From an uncultured Chloroflexia bacterium (GTDB lineage: Bacteria; Chloroflexota; Limnocylindria; Limnocylindrales; CSP1-4), in NCBI GenBank assembly GCA_963720755.1, contig CAVRGP010000015.1, positions 448,001 through 512,000 on the forward strand: a DNA stretch of 64,000 bases, in the 5' to 3' direction. The translations under genes and the position numbers were made by a program. Under the pieces are notes generated by a model. It was not told the DNA's origin. It did not search any database and worked only from the letters and a program-made list of their open reading frames with translations. Every line of letters begins with the position of its first letter. The stretch's first letter is position 1. Below are positions 48,393-58,608 of the stretch, in pieces.

Positions 48393-49952
48393 ATGCGCCG
48401 TCTGTTCGCCCTCGCCATGCTCGCGGCGTTGATCGCTTCGTGCACCGGTCAATCGGCGGCCGCGTCGGACCGCCCGCTCAGGATCCTCAGCGGGGACCCG
48501 TCCGATCTTGACCCGGCCGCCCAGGGCGATGCGGGCAGCGCGGCGATCACCGCCCAGTTGTTCGAGTCGCTGACGTCGTTCGACGGTGACCTGCATATCC
48601 AGCCGGCATTGGCAGCGTCCTGGCAGTTCGCCGATGGGGGTCGCCAGGTCACGTTCCATCTTCGACCCGACCTGTCGTTCAGCGATGGTAGTCCGCTCCG
48701 CCCGAGCGACGTCGTTCGCAGCTGGCTCCGGATCATCGACCCAGCCCATCCATCCCCGCTGGCTTCACTGGCGTTCGACATCTCCGGAGCCGAGGCCTAC
48801 GCCCGTGGCGCGTCGACCGACCCAGGGTCCGTCGGGCTTCGAGCCGATGATCCGGCGGGCGATCTCGTCGTGGACCTCGTTCGCCCGGCGACGGACTTCG
48901 TCAACATCGTCGCGGGGCCGACGTTCTCCGTCGTACCGGCGACCATCGACACGAGCCCGAACGCGCTGGATGCGGGGCCGGATTTCGTCGCGAGTGGCGG
49001 GTACGTCCTGACCGGCACCGCGGCCGACGGCCTGGAGTTGACGGCCAATACCCACTACTGGGCAGGGACACCTGCGATCAAGTCGATCACGCTCGTGGGA
49101 AGCCTGGGTGGCCAGAGTGCCGTGACGGCGTTCTCCAACGGGGACCTCGATTACACGCCGGTCTATTCGATCGACGCGACCTGGCTGGCCTATGACCCGC
49201 AGCTCGGACCGCAGCTCCGGCTCGTCAGCTCACTGTCCGTCCAGTACTACGGCTTCGAAGCCACGAAACCGCCGTTCGACGACGTCCGGGTCCGACAGGC
49301 CATCGGCGAGGCCGTGGACTGGCGACGGATGGCCGCGCTGAGCGCAGGGGACGATGGGGGCCAGGTCGCGAATTCGATGGTGCCGCCCGGGATCCCGGGA
49401 CGCAGCGACGCGGATTATCTGCCGCGCTACGACCCGGTCGACGCCCGCCGACTCCTCGCCGAGGCCGGCTACCCGGGTGGCGCCGGTTTCCCGACCACCG
49501 TCCTGATGACCGACTACGCGGGGTTCGACGCGGCGATCGTCGGTGAAGTCAAGCGCGAGCTTGGGATCACCCTTCAAGCCGAGACGATGGGCGCTGGCTA
49601 CTTCGACCGCCTTGCGACCGACCCCCCGGCCATGTGGGCGCTTGCCTGGGTTGCCGATTACCCCGGCCGGAACGACTTCCTGGGGGTGCTACTCGACAGC
49701 GGCTCCTCCAATAACTACGGGCATTGGCATTCAGCGGAGTTCGACGCAGCGATCGCCGAGGCCGTCTCGGCCACGGATCCCTCGGCGGCAACGACGGCCT
49801 ACGACCGGGCCGAGTCGATCATCCGCGACCAGGTCCCGGTCATCCCCGTGACCTATGGGCCGGGATGGGCCTTGTCGCGTGACGGGCTCCTCGGCGCCGG
49901 TCAGAACGGACTTGGGATCATCCGGATGGCTGGCCTGTCGTGGGCGAACTGA
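48393..49952 (+). CDS. Peptide/nickel ABC transporter substrate-binding lipoprotein (family 5)
   Basis: LIASC lipobox, LDPA, FSDG.P, PPFDDVRVRQA, W.ADYP. Confidence 0.9.
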   Translation: MRRLFALAMLAALIASCTGQSAAASDRPLRILSGDPSDLDPAAQGDAGSAAITAQLFESLTSFDGDLHIQPALAASWQFADGGRQVTFHLRPDLSFSDGSPLRPSDVVRSWLRIIDPAHPSPLASLAFDISGAEAYARGASTDPGSVGLRADDPAGDLVVDLVRPATDFVNIVAGPTFSVVPATIDTSPNALDAGPDFVASGGYVLTGTAADGLELTANTHYWAGTPAIKSITLVGSLGGQSAVTAFSNGDLDYTPVYSIDATWLAYDPQLGPQLRLVSSLSVQYYGFEATKPPFDDVRVRQAIGEAVDWRRMAALSAGDDGGQVANSMVPPGIPGRSDADYLPRYDPVDARRLLAEAGYPGGAGFPTTVLMTDYAGFDAAIVGEVKRELGITLQAETMGAGYFDRLATDPPAMWALAWVADYPGRNDFLGVLLDSGSSNNYGHWHSAEFDAAIAEAVSATDPSAATTAYDRAESIIRDQVPVIPVTYGPGWALSRDGLLGAGQNGLGIIRMAGLSWAN

Positions 49953-51301
49953 TGCGCCGACCGCTTGCGACGGTGCTCGCCCTGGTCATGCTGGTCAGCG
50001 TCGTCCCGACGGCCACCGCGGCCGCTCTGGCCACGTTCGGAACGCCGAGCGCCACCTCGACGTATGGCCAGGGGATCGACTTCGCCCAGCCGGTCTCGGT
50101 CGGAGCCCCGATCGGACGAGTCGAGCTCCTGTTGACCGTGGCGGACGCTATCGGTCCGGACGTCACGGAGATCCCGGACCTGCCTGCGACCGGGTCAACG
50201 ACGTTGACCTATACGCTTGATACCTCCGGTCCTTCGCACCTCATCCCGAACACGAGGATCGTCGCTCGATGGCGACTGTTCGCGGCCGACGATGCGACCG
50301 TCGTCGCGCTCGGGCCGCCTGTCACGATCGTCTACGCCGACGATCGGTTCACCTGGCAGACGAAGTCCTCCGACCTTGTCCGGGTGCACTGGTACGAGGG
50401 CGATGCATCGTTCGCGGCAAAGGCGCTCAAGCTGGGCGAGGACGAGGTCCGGGCCACCTCGGAGCTGCTCGGGGTGACCGAGACGGACCCGATCGACTTC
50501 TTCGTCTATGCCAACGTGGATGACTTCTACGGCGCGCTCGGGCCTGGCGCCCATGAGAACGTGGCCGGCACGGCCTATGCCGACATCCGGACGTTGCTCG
50601 GGCTGATCCCTCCGGACCAGATCAACGACCCACTCGTGGCGGTCCGGATCCCGCACGAATTCGTCCACATGGTCTTCGATACCGCGTCGAAGAACCCGTA
50701 TCACAGCCCCCCGCGCTGGCTCAACGAAGGCCTGGCCGTGTACCAGAGCGAAGGGTACGGATCCAGCGATCGCGGCCAGGTGAAGTCGGCCGCACAGTCC
50801 GGGACCCTGATCCCCCTCGACGGTCTGACCGGCCAGTTCCCGAACGGCCAGGATTTCTTCCTCGCCTATGCCGAGAGCGTCGCGGCCGTGAAGTTCATGA
50901 TCGACACCTACGGATCAGATGCGCTGGTGACGCTCATCCGCTCGTATGCGGAGGGACGGACCGATGCCGAGGCCTTCACCGCCGCGCTCGGCCTGGATAT
51001 GACCGCGTTCGGGCAAGCCTGGTTCGAGGACGTCGGAGCGACGGCGCCGGAGCGGTTCGGACCGCAGCCCGCACCGCCCGGTCCGGTCCCTGCTGCCTGG
51101 ACCGGAGCAGGGGGTGCGCAGGCGAGCGGTGCCCCGCCAGCGACGGCCGCGCCCTCCCCGGCGACGCCCGGGTCCTCAGCGTCGGACGACGGGCTTGGCC
51201 CGGCGATCGCGTTGATCGCCGTGGCCCTCGCCGTGATCGCTGTCGCCGTGATCGCCATGGCACGCCGTCGCCGGCCGACTCGAACGGACGGTTGGTCGTG
51301 A
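49952..51301 (+). CDS. Peptidase MA family metallopeptidase, membrane anchored
   Basis: Signal peptide; HEFVH; PRWLNEGLA; C-terminal TM + RRRR. Confidence 0.85.
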   Translation: MRRPLATVLALVMLVSVVPTATAAALATFGTPSATSTYGQGIDFAQPVSVGAPIGRVELLLTVADAIGPDVTEIPDLPATGSTTLTYTLDTSGPSHLIPNTRIVARWRLFAADDATVVALGPPVTIVYADDRFTWQTKSSDLVRVHWYEGDASFAAKALKLGEDEVRATSELLGVTETDPIDFFVYANVDDFYGALGPGAHENVAGTAYADIRTLLGLIPPDQINDPLVAVRIPHEFVHMVFDTASKNPYHSPPRWLNEGLAVYQSEGYGSSDRGQVKSAAQSGTLIPLDGLTGQFPNGQDFFLAYAESVAAVKFMIDTYGSDALVTLIRSYAEGRTDAEAFTAALGLDMTAFGQAWFEDVGATAPERFGPQPAPPGPVPAAWTGAGGAQASGAPPATAAPSPATPGSSASDDGLGPAIALIAVALAVIAVAVIAMARRRRPTRTDGWS

Positions 51302-52080
51302 GTGTCGCGGCTCGACTGCGGGCGATCCCGAGCTGGCAGATCACTCTCGGCGTGGCCCTCCTGGCGCTCGGCTTTCTGACCGCCGCGCAGCTTGCATCAG
51401 AAGGCCCGCGGGTCAGCTACACGACCCAGGAGCGAACCCCACTCGTCGAGACAGTCACGGAACTGCAGTCACAGCAGGATGCTCTCAAGGCCGGCATCCT
51501 CGACCTTCGCGCCCAGATCCAGGGCGTGGAGACCGAAGGCACCGGCTCGGAGGCCCTGGTCCGTCAACTCAATGCCGAACTCCAGGCGGCGCGGATCGCT
51601 GCCGGTCTGATCCCACTGACCGGTCCGGGGATCGTCATCCAACTCGAAGATTCCCAGGACCCGGTCCCGCCCGGGGGCACGGAGGCCGACTACCTGGTGA
51701 GTTCTCGCGATATCCGCGGCGTCGTGGTCGCCCTGTGGGGGGCGGGCGCGGAGGGGGTCGCGGTCAACGGGGAGCGGATCACCTCGACCTCAGCGATCAT
51801 CGATGTCGGTCCGTCCGTCCTGGTCAACTCGGCGTACCTGACCCTGCCGTACCAGATCACGGCCCTCGGTCCGCCCGACCTGTATCAGCACCTCAGCAGC
51901 AACCCGGCGTTCATCGACTTCCTGCGGGCACGGAGCGATGGTTACGGGATCCGGGTGTCGCTCGCGGAGCCGGAGTCGGTGGACATGCCTGCCTTCGCCG
52001 GGACGATCACTCTGCGCTACTCCCGTCCGATCGCCTCGCCCAGTGCCGGGCCATCCAGCTCGCCGGACGGGGGAGGCTGA
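51298..52080 (+). CDS. DUF881 domain protein
   Basis: TM, coiled coil, AG...TGPG, LW.AGAE.VAVNG.R. Confidence 0.85.
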   Translation: MSVAARLRAIPSWQITLGVALLALGFLTAAQLASEGPRVSYTTQERTPLVETVTELQSQQDALKAGILDLRAQIQGVETEGTGSEALVRQLNAELQAARIAAGLIPLTGPGIVIQLEDSQDPVPPGGTEADYLVSSRDIRGVVVALWGAGAEGVAVNGERITSTSAIIDVGPSVLVNSAYLTLPYQITALGPPDLYQHLSSNPAFIDFLRARSDGYGIRVSLAEPESVDMPAFAGTITLRYSRPIASPSAGPSSSPDGGG

Positions 52081-52082
52081 CC

Positions 52083-52757
52083 GTGCGCCGGATGCGGAGC
52101 CAGATCGCCATCGCCCTCGTGACCGTCATCCTCGGGTTGCTCGTGGTCGTTCAACTGCGCTCGCAGGCGGGCCCGACCGGGCTTGCCCAGCTGTCGTCGC
52201 AGGATCTCACCGTCCTCGTCGCCAACCTCAACGCGCGGAACGACCAGCTGCGGCGCGAGACGGCCACGCTTGATCGGGAACTGGCGACGCTGGTCCAGAA
52301 TCGGGCGAAGGGTGGAGCGTCCGTGACCGAGATCGGCGCCGATCTCGACCGGGTGCGCGCCTACGCAGGCCTTGACCCGGTCGGCGGGCCGGGAGTGAAG
52401 ATCGCCGTCCGCGGCCCCATCGACGCTGCCGGCGTCGAGGAGTTGCTCAATGAGTTGCGCAACGCCGGAGCCGAGGCGATCGGGGTCGGCGGCGTGCGAG
52501 TCGTCACCGGAGTGATCGCCGTCGGTGGCGCCGGTGTCGTCGAGGTCGAGGGCGTCCGCCTCGGGACCAGTTTCGACATCGACGCGATCGGGGCGCCCGA
52601 CAAGCTGACCGGCTCGCTGACCCGGTCCGGTGGGGTCGTCGCCCAGCTCGCTGCCACATTGCCGGACGTCACCCTGACCGTGACGCCGATGGATCGGCTG
52701 GAGCTGCCGGCGACCGATCGGACGCTCGTACCGGCGCATGGCAGCCCGCGGCTTTGA
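52083..52757 (+). CDS. DUF881 domain protein
   Basis: TM, coiled coil, GPGV, NELRNAGAEAI, AIG.P. Confidence 0.85.
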   Translation: MRRMRSQIAIALVTVILGLLVVVQLRSQAGPTGLAQLSSQDLTVLVANLNARNDQLRRETATLDRELATLVQNRAKGGASVTEIGADLDRVRAYAGLDPVGGPGVKIAVRGPIDAAGVEELLNELRNAGAEAIGVGGVRVVTGVIAVGGAGVVEVEGVRLGTSFDIDAIGAPDKLTGSLTRSGGVVAQLAATLPDVTLTVTPMDRLELPATDRTLVPAHGSPRL

Positions 52758-52772
52758 TAGGCTGGGCCGCCC

Positions 52773-53039
52773 ATGTCTGACCTGCCGGTACTCACGCTGC
52801 TCCTCGGCGACGTCGTCCGTCTCCGGAGGCGCCACCCATGCGGAGGCACCGATTGGTTGGTCGATCGGGTCGGCGCGGATATCGGGCTTCGCTGCGTGAC
52901 CTGCAGCCGACATGTGCTGCTTGAGCGACGTACGGTGGAGCGTCGGATCCTCGCCTTCGTGTCACGGGGTGACCCTGTCGTGACCGCCGCGGTGGCACAT
53001 GCAAGCGGACCAGCCTCTGACGACGGCGCTCGCGGGTGA
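52773..53039 (+). CDS. DUF951 domain protein
   Basis: GDVVRLRRRHPCG...W...RVGADI.L.C..C. Confidence 0.88.
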   Translation: MSDLPVLTLLLGDVVRLRRRHPCGGTDWLVDRVGADIGLRCVTCSRHVLLERRTVERRILAFVSRGDPVVTAAVAHASGPASDDGARG

Positions 53040-54547
53040 CCGCCGCCACCCTGAGCCCCGAACCGGCCGAGACCGGGCCGCTGGCCGCCTTCCGCAACGG
53101 CGGGTTCCTGCGGCTCTGGCTGTCGCAGGTGACCACCCAGGTCGGCGGGAACATGGTCCTGTTCGGGCTGACCGTGATCGTCTTCAACTCGACGAAGTCG
53201 AACACCGCGGTCAGCTTCCTGGTCCTGACCTTCCTGGTCCCGGCGGTCCTGTTCTCCGCGGTGGCCGGGGTCTACGTGGACAGGATCGACCGCCGGCTGA
53301 TCCTCATCACGACGAATGTCCTGCGCGGCGCGGCCTTCATCGCGCTCTACCTCGCCGGCACCAACCTTGCCCTCATCCTGGTCCTCAACGTCCTCGTCTC
53401 GACGTTCACGGTGTTCTTTGCACCTGCCGAGTTGGCGATGATCCCGGTCCTCGTTCCTCGTGAGCAGCTGCTGGCAGCCAACGGGATCTTCACCCTGACC
53501 TTGAATGCCGCGTTCGCCCTCGGATTCGCCCTGCTCGGTCCGTTGGTCGTGAACGTCGCCGGCCCCGAGGCGGTGATCATCGTGGTCGCCGGGCTGTACT
53601 TCCTCGCCGCGGTGTTCTGTTTCACGCTCCCGGCATCGCCACCACCGCCATCGACCGCTTCCGAGCCGCACAGTGGGCTCGGGGTCGGTGAGGCCGAACG
53701 CGCGGTCGGATCGACGTTCGTCCAGTTGCGCGAGGGCTTTGCCTATATCCGGGCGAACCGGTCGATCACCTGGTCCCTGATCTACCTCGCGGTCACGGCT
53801 TCGCTGGTCGGTGTCCTTGGCGTCCTTGGGCCGGCCTTTGCGCAGGACACGCTGGGCCTCGAAGCGAAAGACTTCGCGGTCGTCGTTCTGCCGCTCGGGT
53901 TCGGGATCGTGACCGGGATCCTCTTGCTCAATTCCTATGGCCGCTACTTCCACCGCCGCAGGGTCATCGAGGGGGCGATGATCGCCCTCGGGATCCTGCT
54001 CGCGGCACTGTCCACAGCCGGTCCGATCAGCCGGTTTCTGCAGCGGGCGGACCAACCCGGTGGCATCGACCTGTCGACGGTCACCTCGCTGCTGGCGGTC
54101 GTCGTCGTCATCGCGTTCTTCGCCGGCATCGCTTATGGGTTGGTCGCGATCCCGTCGCAGACCCAGCTCCAGGAGGACCTGCCCGAGGACGTCCGGGGGC
54201 GCGTGTTCGGCGTCCTGGGGATGTTGGTGTCGGTGGCCAGCTTCCTGCCGATCATCATCGTCGGCCCGATCTCCGACTCGGTCGGGACCACTGCGGTCAT
54301 CTTCACGATGGCCATCGTGGTCCTGATCATCGGGGTCGTGTCAGTCGTGACCCGCGGGCCGTTGCGCACCACGGAAGCGCAACCAGCCAGTGACCCTGAG
54401 ACCGTCGATCCGATCGCCGCGGCGCTCGGCGCCGATCTGCCCACCTGGACCGGACACGACTCGCCCGCGACGGCTGACGGAGGGTCGCCCACGGATGCGT
54501 CCGATCTCGACCGCTCGGGCCCGGGCGACCCGACCGACCGCGACTAG
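53036..54547 (+). CDS. MFS transporter (MFS_3/EntS-like)
   Basis: FLRLWLSQ, AGVYVDRIDRR, FAPAE, RGRVFG. Confidence 0.88.
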   Translation: MTAATLSPEPAETGPLAAFRNGGFLRLWLSQVTTQVGGNMVLFGLTVIVFNSTKSNTAVSFLVLTFLVPAVLFSAVAGVYVDRIDRRLILITTNVLRGAAFIALYLAGTNLALILVLNVLVSTFTVFFAPAELAMIPVLVPREQLLAANGIFTLTLNAAFALGFALLGPLVVNVAGPEAVIIVVAGLYFLAAVFCFTLPASPPPPSTASEPHSGLGVGEAERAVGSTFVQLREGFAYIRANRSITWSLIYLAVTASLVGVLGVLGPAFAQDTLGLEAKDFAVVVLPLGFGIVTGILLLNSYGRYFHRRRVIEGAMIALGILLAALSTAGPISRFLQRADQPGGIDLSTVTSLLAVVVVIAFFAGIAYGLVAIPSQTQLQEDLPEDVRGRVFGVLGMLVSVASFLPIIIVGPISDSVGTTAVIFTMAIVVLIIGVVSVVTRGPLRTTEAQPASDPETVDPIAAALGADLPTWTGHDSPATADGGSPTDASDLDRSGPGDPTDRD

Positions 54548-54556
54548 ACGCGGCTG

Positions 54557-55549
54557 ATGACGAAGATCGCGATCGTCTTCACCGGCGGGACCATCAGCAC
54601 CGCCTTCGACCCGGTGGCGGGGGGCAATGTCCCGGCACTCGACGGAGCCGAGATCATCGCCAGGACACCAGGCCTCGGCGATATCGCCGATATCGTGCCG
54701 ATCGACCGTGGTCGTATACCGGCCAGCCACTTCACGTTTCCGGACCTCCTTCGGATCGCCGCGGACCTGCAAGCCGCGGTCGCCGATCCGACGATCGATG
54801 GCGCGGTCGTGGTCCAGGGCACCGATACGATCGAGGAGACCAGCTTCCTCTGGGACCTCGTCACGAGCGGTCCGAAACCGATCGTCGTGACCGGCGCCAT
54901 GCGCGCGTCCGATGACCCCGCCTTCGATGGCCCGGACAATCTTCGCAATGCGGTGCGTGTCGCGGCGGCTCCATCGATGCGCGATGTCGGTGTGGTGGTC
55001 TGCCTCGGCGGGACGATCGAGGCCGCCGACGACGTGGTCAAGCTGCACACGTCCGCGCTCGACACGTTCGCGAGTCCGAATGGCGGGTCCCTCGGACGGG
55101 TGCGGGCCGCCGAAGTCATCAAGCTTCGCGAACGGAGCCCGAGGCGAGCGTTGGTCACCTCGCGGGCGGCGGAGCGCGTCCACCTCATCACGGCCACGGT
55201 CGCGATGGATGGCACACTCGTCGATGCCGCGACACGCTCCGGCGCCGATGGCATCGTCATCGCCGGCACCGGATCCGGCAACACCCACCCGTCTGTCCTG
55301 GCAGCCGCGACGAGGGCGATCGCTGCGGACATCCCGGTCGTCCTCGCGAGCCGATGTCCGGGCGGTCAGCCGGCTCCCGTCTACGCGTTCCCCGGCGGTG
55401 GGGTGACCTGGGTCTCTGCCGGGGCCATCCCGATCGGTCATCTCTGTGCCGTCAAGGCCCGGGTCGCCCTCGCACTGGGTCTCGGGGCTGGCCTCAGGCG
55501 CGACGAACTGGCAACCCTTCTCGCCGACCCGCCGGCCAGGCACCTCTGA
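54557..55549 (+). CDS. Asparaginase
   Basis: TGGTI, GTDTIEET, VTGAMR, DGPDNL. Confidence 0.9.
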   Translation: MTKIAIVFTGGTISTAFDPVAGGNVPALDGAEIIARTPGLGDIADIVPIDRGRIPASHFTFPDLLRIAADLQAAVADPTIDGAVVVQGTDTIEETSFLWDLVTSGPKPIVVTGAMRASDDPAFDGPDNLRNAVRVAAAPSMRDVGVVVCLGGTIEAADDVVKLHTSALDTFASPNGGSLGRVRAAEVIKLRERSPRRALVTSRAAERVHLITATVAMDGTLVDAATRSGADGIVIAGTGSGNTHPSVLAAATRAIAADIPVVLASRCPGGQPAPVYAFPGGGVTWVSAGAIPIGHLCAVKARVALALGLGAGLRRDELATLLADPPARHL

Positions 55550-55552
55550 TCG

Positions 55553-57202
55553 ATGCCGCTTGACAGCCTGATCACCGGTCGGATCGCCACCCTCGCCGGT
55601 GAGACCGGGTTCGGCTGGGTCGAGGCGATCGGGATCCGCGACGGACGGATCGCCTTCGCCGGGACGGAAGTCGACCTCGAGACACGGGCGGATCCGTTCA
55701 CCGAGCGGATCGCGCTCGGGCCCGACCAGGTCGCCATCCCGGGGATGACCGATGCGCATCTTCATCTGGCCGCCGCTGCCGAAGCCCGCTCGCAGGTGGA
55801 CCTCAGCGATACCCGGAGTCTCGAGGAAGGTCTGATCCGGATCGGGACGGCCCACCGGGCGATCGCCGATCGAGATGCCTGGCTCCAGGGCCACGGTTGG
55901 GACGCGGATCGCTGGGGGGCCTGGCCATCCGCCGACGACCTCGAGAGCGTGGCGCCGGGACGGCGCAGCGCACTCTGGGCGCATGACCACCACGCGCTGC
56001 TGGTGTCGCGGTCGGCGTTGGTGTCGGCCGGGTTCGACCCGCAGGCGGCGGACCCGCCCGGCGGCGTCGTCGGCCGGGCGCAGGACGGGAGGCCGGACGG
56101 CCTGTTGTACGAGAGCGCGACGAGATTCGTGTCCGTCCACCTGCCGTCGACCTGGGGTGTTGATCTGGAGGAGTCGATCCTCGCCGTCTCGGTCGAGCTG
56201 CTCGCCCTCGGGATCGTGGCCGTCCATGACCCTGGGGGCGTCGCGCCCGACCCGGACCTCGAGCGGAGCTATCCCGTGTACGCCCATCTGTCGGAGACGG
56301 GCAGACTGCCGATCCGGGTCATGGCGTCCCTGCGCGAGGAAGCGCTCCCGACCGCGCTCGCGGGCGGTCTCCGGAGCGGTGACATCCTCGGGGAGGATCC
56401 GACGGGCCGGGCGCGAGTCGGCTGGCTGAAGTGTTTCGCAGATGGCTCGCTCGGGTCGCGGACGGCCGCACTCCTCGACGATATGGAGCCGGAGCCAGAC
56501 CGTCCGCTCCCACCGGAACTGCGACGCGGTCTGTGGACCACCGAGCCTCCACGACTCCGGGAGCTCGTGGAACGGGCAGCTGCGGGCGGGATCGCCAGCC
56601 AGGTCCATGCCATCGGCGATGCTGCAGTCCGCGCCGCGTTGGACGTCCTGATCCCAACGGCCGGGCGCGTCCCCCTCATGCCAAGGGTCGAGCACGTCCA
56701 GTTGCTCGATCGGGCCGATCGCACCAGGTTCGCGGCGGGCGGGGTCGCCGCCAGCGTCCAACCGTCACACCTGGGCAGCGATGCGGCGACCGCGAGGCGG
56801 CTCTGGGGTACGCGGGCCGAGCGGGACGGCTACGCCTGGCAGTCGATCGCCGAGACCGGTGCCATCCTCGCGTTCGGGACCGATGCCCCGGTGGAATCGT
56901 TCGACCCATGGCCGGGGATCGCCCTGGCGGTTCGCCGCGAAGACCCACGCTGGCCGGCCGGGACGCCGGCGTTCGGGCCGGATCAGGCCCTCACCGTGGA
57001 GCGAGCCATCCGAGCCGCTTGCATCGACCCCGCTCGCGCGGCACGCGATGACGGTCGCGGTCGCCTGACGCTGGGGCAGAGAGCGGACGTGGTGGTGATC
57101 CCGGCTGCCGCGATCGACGAGCCGGTCGAACCCGGGGGACCGCTTGCACGTGCCCGTCCCACGATCGTGGTCGTGGACGGCCGGGTGGTCTTCGAAGCCT
57201 GA
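55553..57202 (+). CDS. Amidohydrolase (YtcJ-like)
   Basis: PGMTDAHLH, K.FADGSLGSRTA, HAIGD, RVEHVQ, GTDAPV. Confidence 0.9.
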   Translation: MPLDSLITGRIATLAGETGFGWVEAIGIRDGRIAFAGTEVDLETRADPFTERIALGPDQVAIPGMTDAHLHLAAAAEARSQVDLSDTRSLEEGLIRIGTAHRAIADRDAWLQGHGWDADRWGAWPSADDLESVAPGRRSALWAHDHHALLVSRSALVSAGFDPQAADPPGGVVGRAQDGRPDGLLYESATRFVSVHLPSTWGVDLEESILAVSVELLALGIVAVHDPGGVAPDPDLERSYPVYAHLSETGRLPIRVMASLREEALPTALAGGLRSGDILGEDPTGRARVGWLKCFADGSLGSRTAALLDDMEPEPDRPLPPELRRGLWTTEPPRLRELVERAAAGGIASQVHAIGDAAVRAALDVLIPTAGRVPLMPRVEHVQLLDRADRTRFAAGGVAASVQPSHLGSDAATARRLWGTRAERDGYAWQSIAETGAILAFGTDAPVESFDPWPGIALAVRREDPRWPAGTPAFGPDQALTVERAIRAACIDPARAARDDGRGRLTLGQRADVVVIPAAAIDEPVEPGGPLARARPTIVVVDGRVVFEA

Positions 57203-57215
57203 TCCCGCCGCGAAC

Positions 57216-58607
57216 TCAGTGTGGGCCTGGACGTGGACCCAGCTCGCGAAGGGCGTCGGCGAACAACCCGGCGAAGATCCGCGACGTCGACGGGAACGCA
57301 TGGATGGTCTCGGCCAGGACGTCGACCGGGACGTGCGCCTTGATGGCAACGACGCACTCATGGATCGCCGCCGATGCATCGGGGCAGGCCATCGCCGCTC
57401 CGACCAGCTCGCGGGTCGCTCGATCGACCACGACCGTCACGTGGCCCATCGTTGCCTGGAGGGCGTATCCACGGGTGCTCGTCGCGAAGTCGGCGACCTG
57501 CTCGAATGCGTCGAGGCCGGCAGCGACCGCCTGGTCCAGGGTCAGCCCGACCGACGACGCCTCCGGATCGGTGTAGGTCGCCCGTGGGAGTGCCCGGTAG
57601 TCGGGGGTGATGGCCTCGCCGAGCGCCATGCGGACGGCCAGCTCGCCCTGATAGTGGGCCTGATGGGTGTGGAGCTCCGGGCCGGCCGGATCGCCGATCA
57701 CCCACAGGCCATCGGAGATCCGCAGTCGCCCGTCGCGAGGCAACGGCGTTCGCCCGCTGGTGTCGATCCCGTAGTGTTCCAGGCCAAGATCCTCGATCGG
57801 AAACGCACGGCCGACCGCCAGGAGGACGGCGTGTCCCTCGACGGATGATCCATCGTCAAGGTCGATGCTGTGGGCGCCATCGTCTCCGGCGTGGGCTCGG
57901 GCACGGACGGCACGGACCCCCGTTCGAACCACGACGCCATCGCGCTCCAGGGTGGCCCGAAAGACCGCCGAGTTTCGGGGGTGGTCCGTCGGAGCGAGGC
58001 GTGGGCCCGACTGGACGATGGTCGTGGGAACCCCGAACCGCTGGAAGACCTGCGCCAGCTCACAGCCGGTCGGACCTCCGCCAAGGACGATCAGGCTGCG
58101 CGGCAGGGTCCGGGCCAGGGTCGCCTGTTCATTGGTCCACGGGTCGACCGTGTCGATCCCCTCGATCGGCGGTCGCTTCGATGTCGACCCGACCGCGATG
58201 ACGACATCCCTCGCCTGCAGGTGGTGGACGGCGCGATCGTGGTGGACGGTGACCTTGCCGCGATCGCTGATCGTCGCGACCCCGCGATAGACGGCTGCCC
58301 CGGCGTCGCGCAGGCGATCGGCATGCCCGCTGTCGTCGGGTTCGGGGGCGTCGGGCGCCCGGTTGACCATGTAATCGCGGGCTGCCGAGGCCGCGGGCCA
58401 TTCGTAGGTCTCCGGGTTCGCATGATGCCGGCGGGCGCCGTCGAGCAGCGATTTCGAGGGCAGACAGCCGATGTGCGGGCAACTGCCGCCGAACCAGCGA
58501 CGATCGACGATCGCGACCGACGCGCCGAGTTCGCGCGCCTTGTAGGCGGCAGCTTCGCCGGCCGGCCCGGCGCCGATGATGACGAAGTCGAACGTGTCCA
58601 TGTCCAT
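57216..58607 (-). CDS. Pyridine nucleotide-disulfide oxidoreductase (dihydrolipoamide dehydrogenase family)
   Basis: GAGPAG, GGSCPHIGCLPSK, GGGPTGCE, HAFPS. Confidence 0.9.
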   Translation of the reverse strand: MDMDTFDFVIIGAGPAGEAAAYKARELGASVAIVDRRWFGGSCPHIGCLPSKSLLDGARRHHANPETYEWPAASAARDYMVNRAPDAPEPDDSGHADRLRDAGAAVYRGVATISDRGKVTVHHDRAVHHLQARDVVIAVGSTSKRPPIEGIDTVDPWTNEQATLARTLPRSLIVLGGGPTGCELAQVFQRFGVPTTIVQSGPRLAPTDHPRNSAVFRATLERDGVVVRTGVRAVRARAHAGDDGAHSIDLDDGSSVEGHAVLLAVGRAFPIEDLGLEHYGIDTSGRTPLPRDGRLRISDGLWVIGDPAGPELHTHQAHYQGELAVRMALGEAITPDYRALPRATYTDPEASSVGLTLDQAVAAGLDAFEQVADFATSTRGYALQATMGHVTVVVDRATRELVGAAMACPDASAAIHECVVAIKAHVPVDVLAETIHAFPSTSRIFAGLFADALRELGPRPGPH

Positions 58608-58608
58608 G

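Noticed and set aside
57216-58607. Mercuric reductase MerA
   Set aside because: No C-terminal Cys-Cys pair, no NmerA domain, no mer genes
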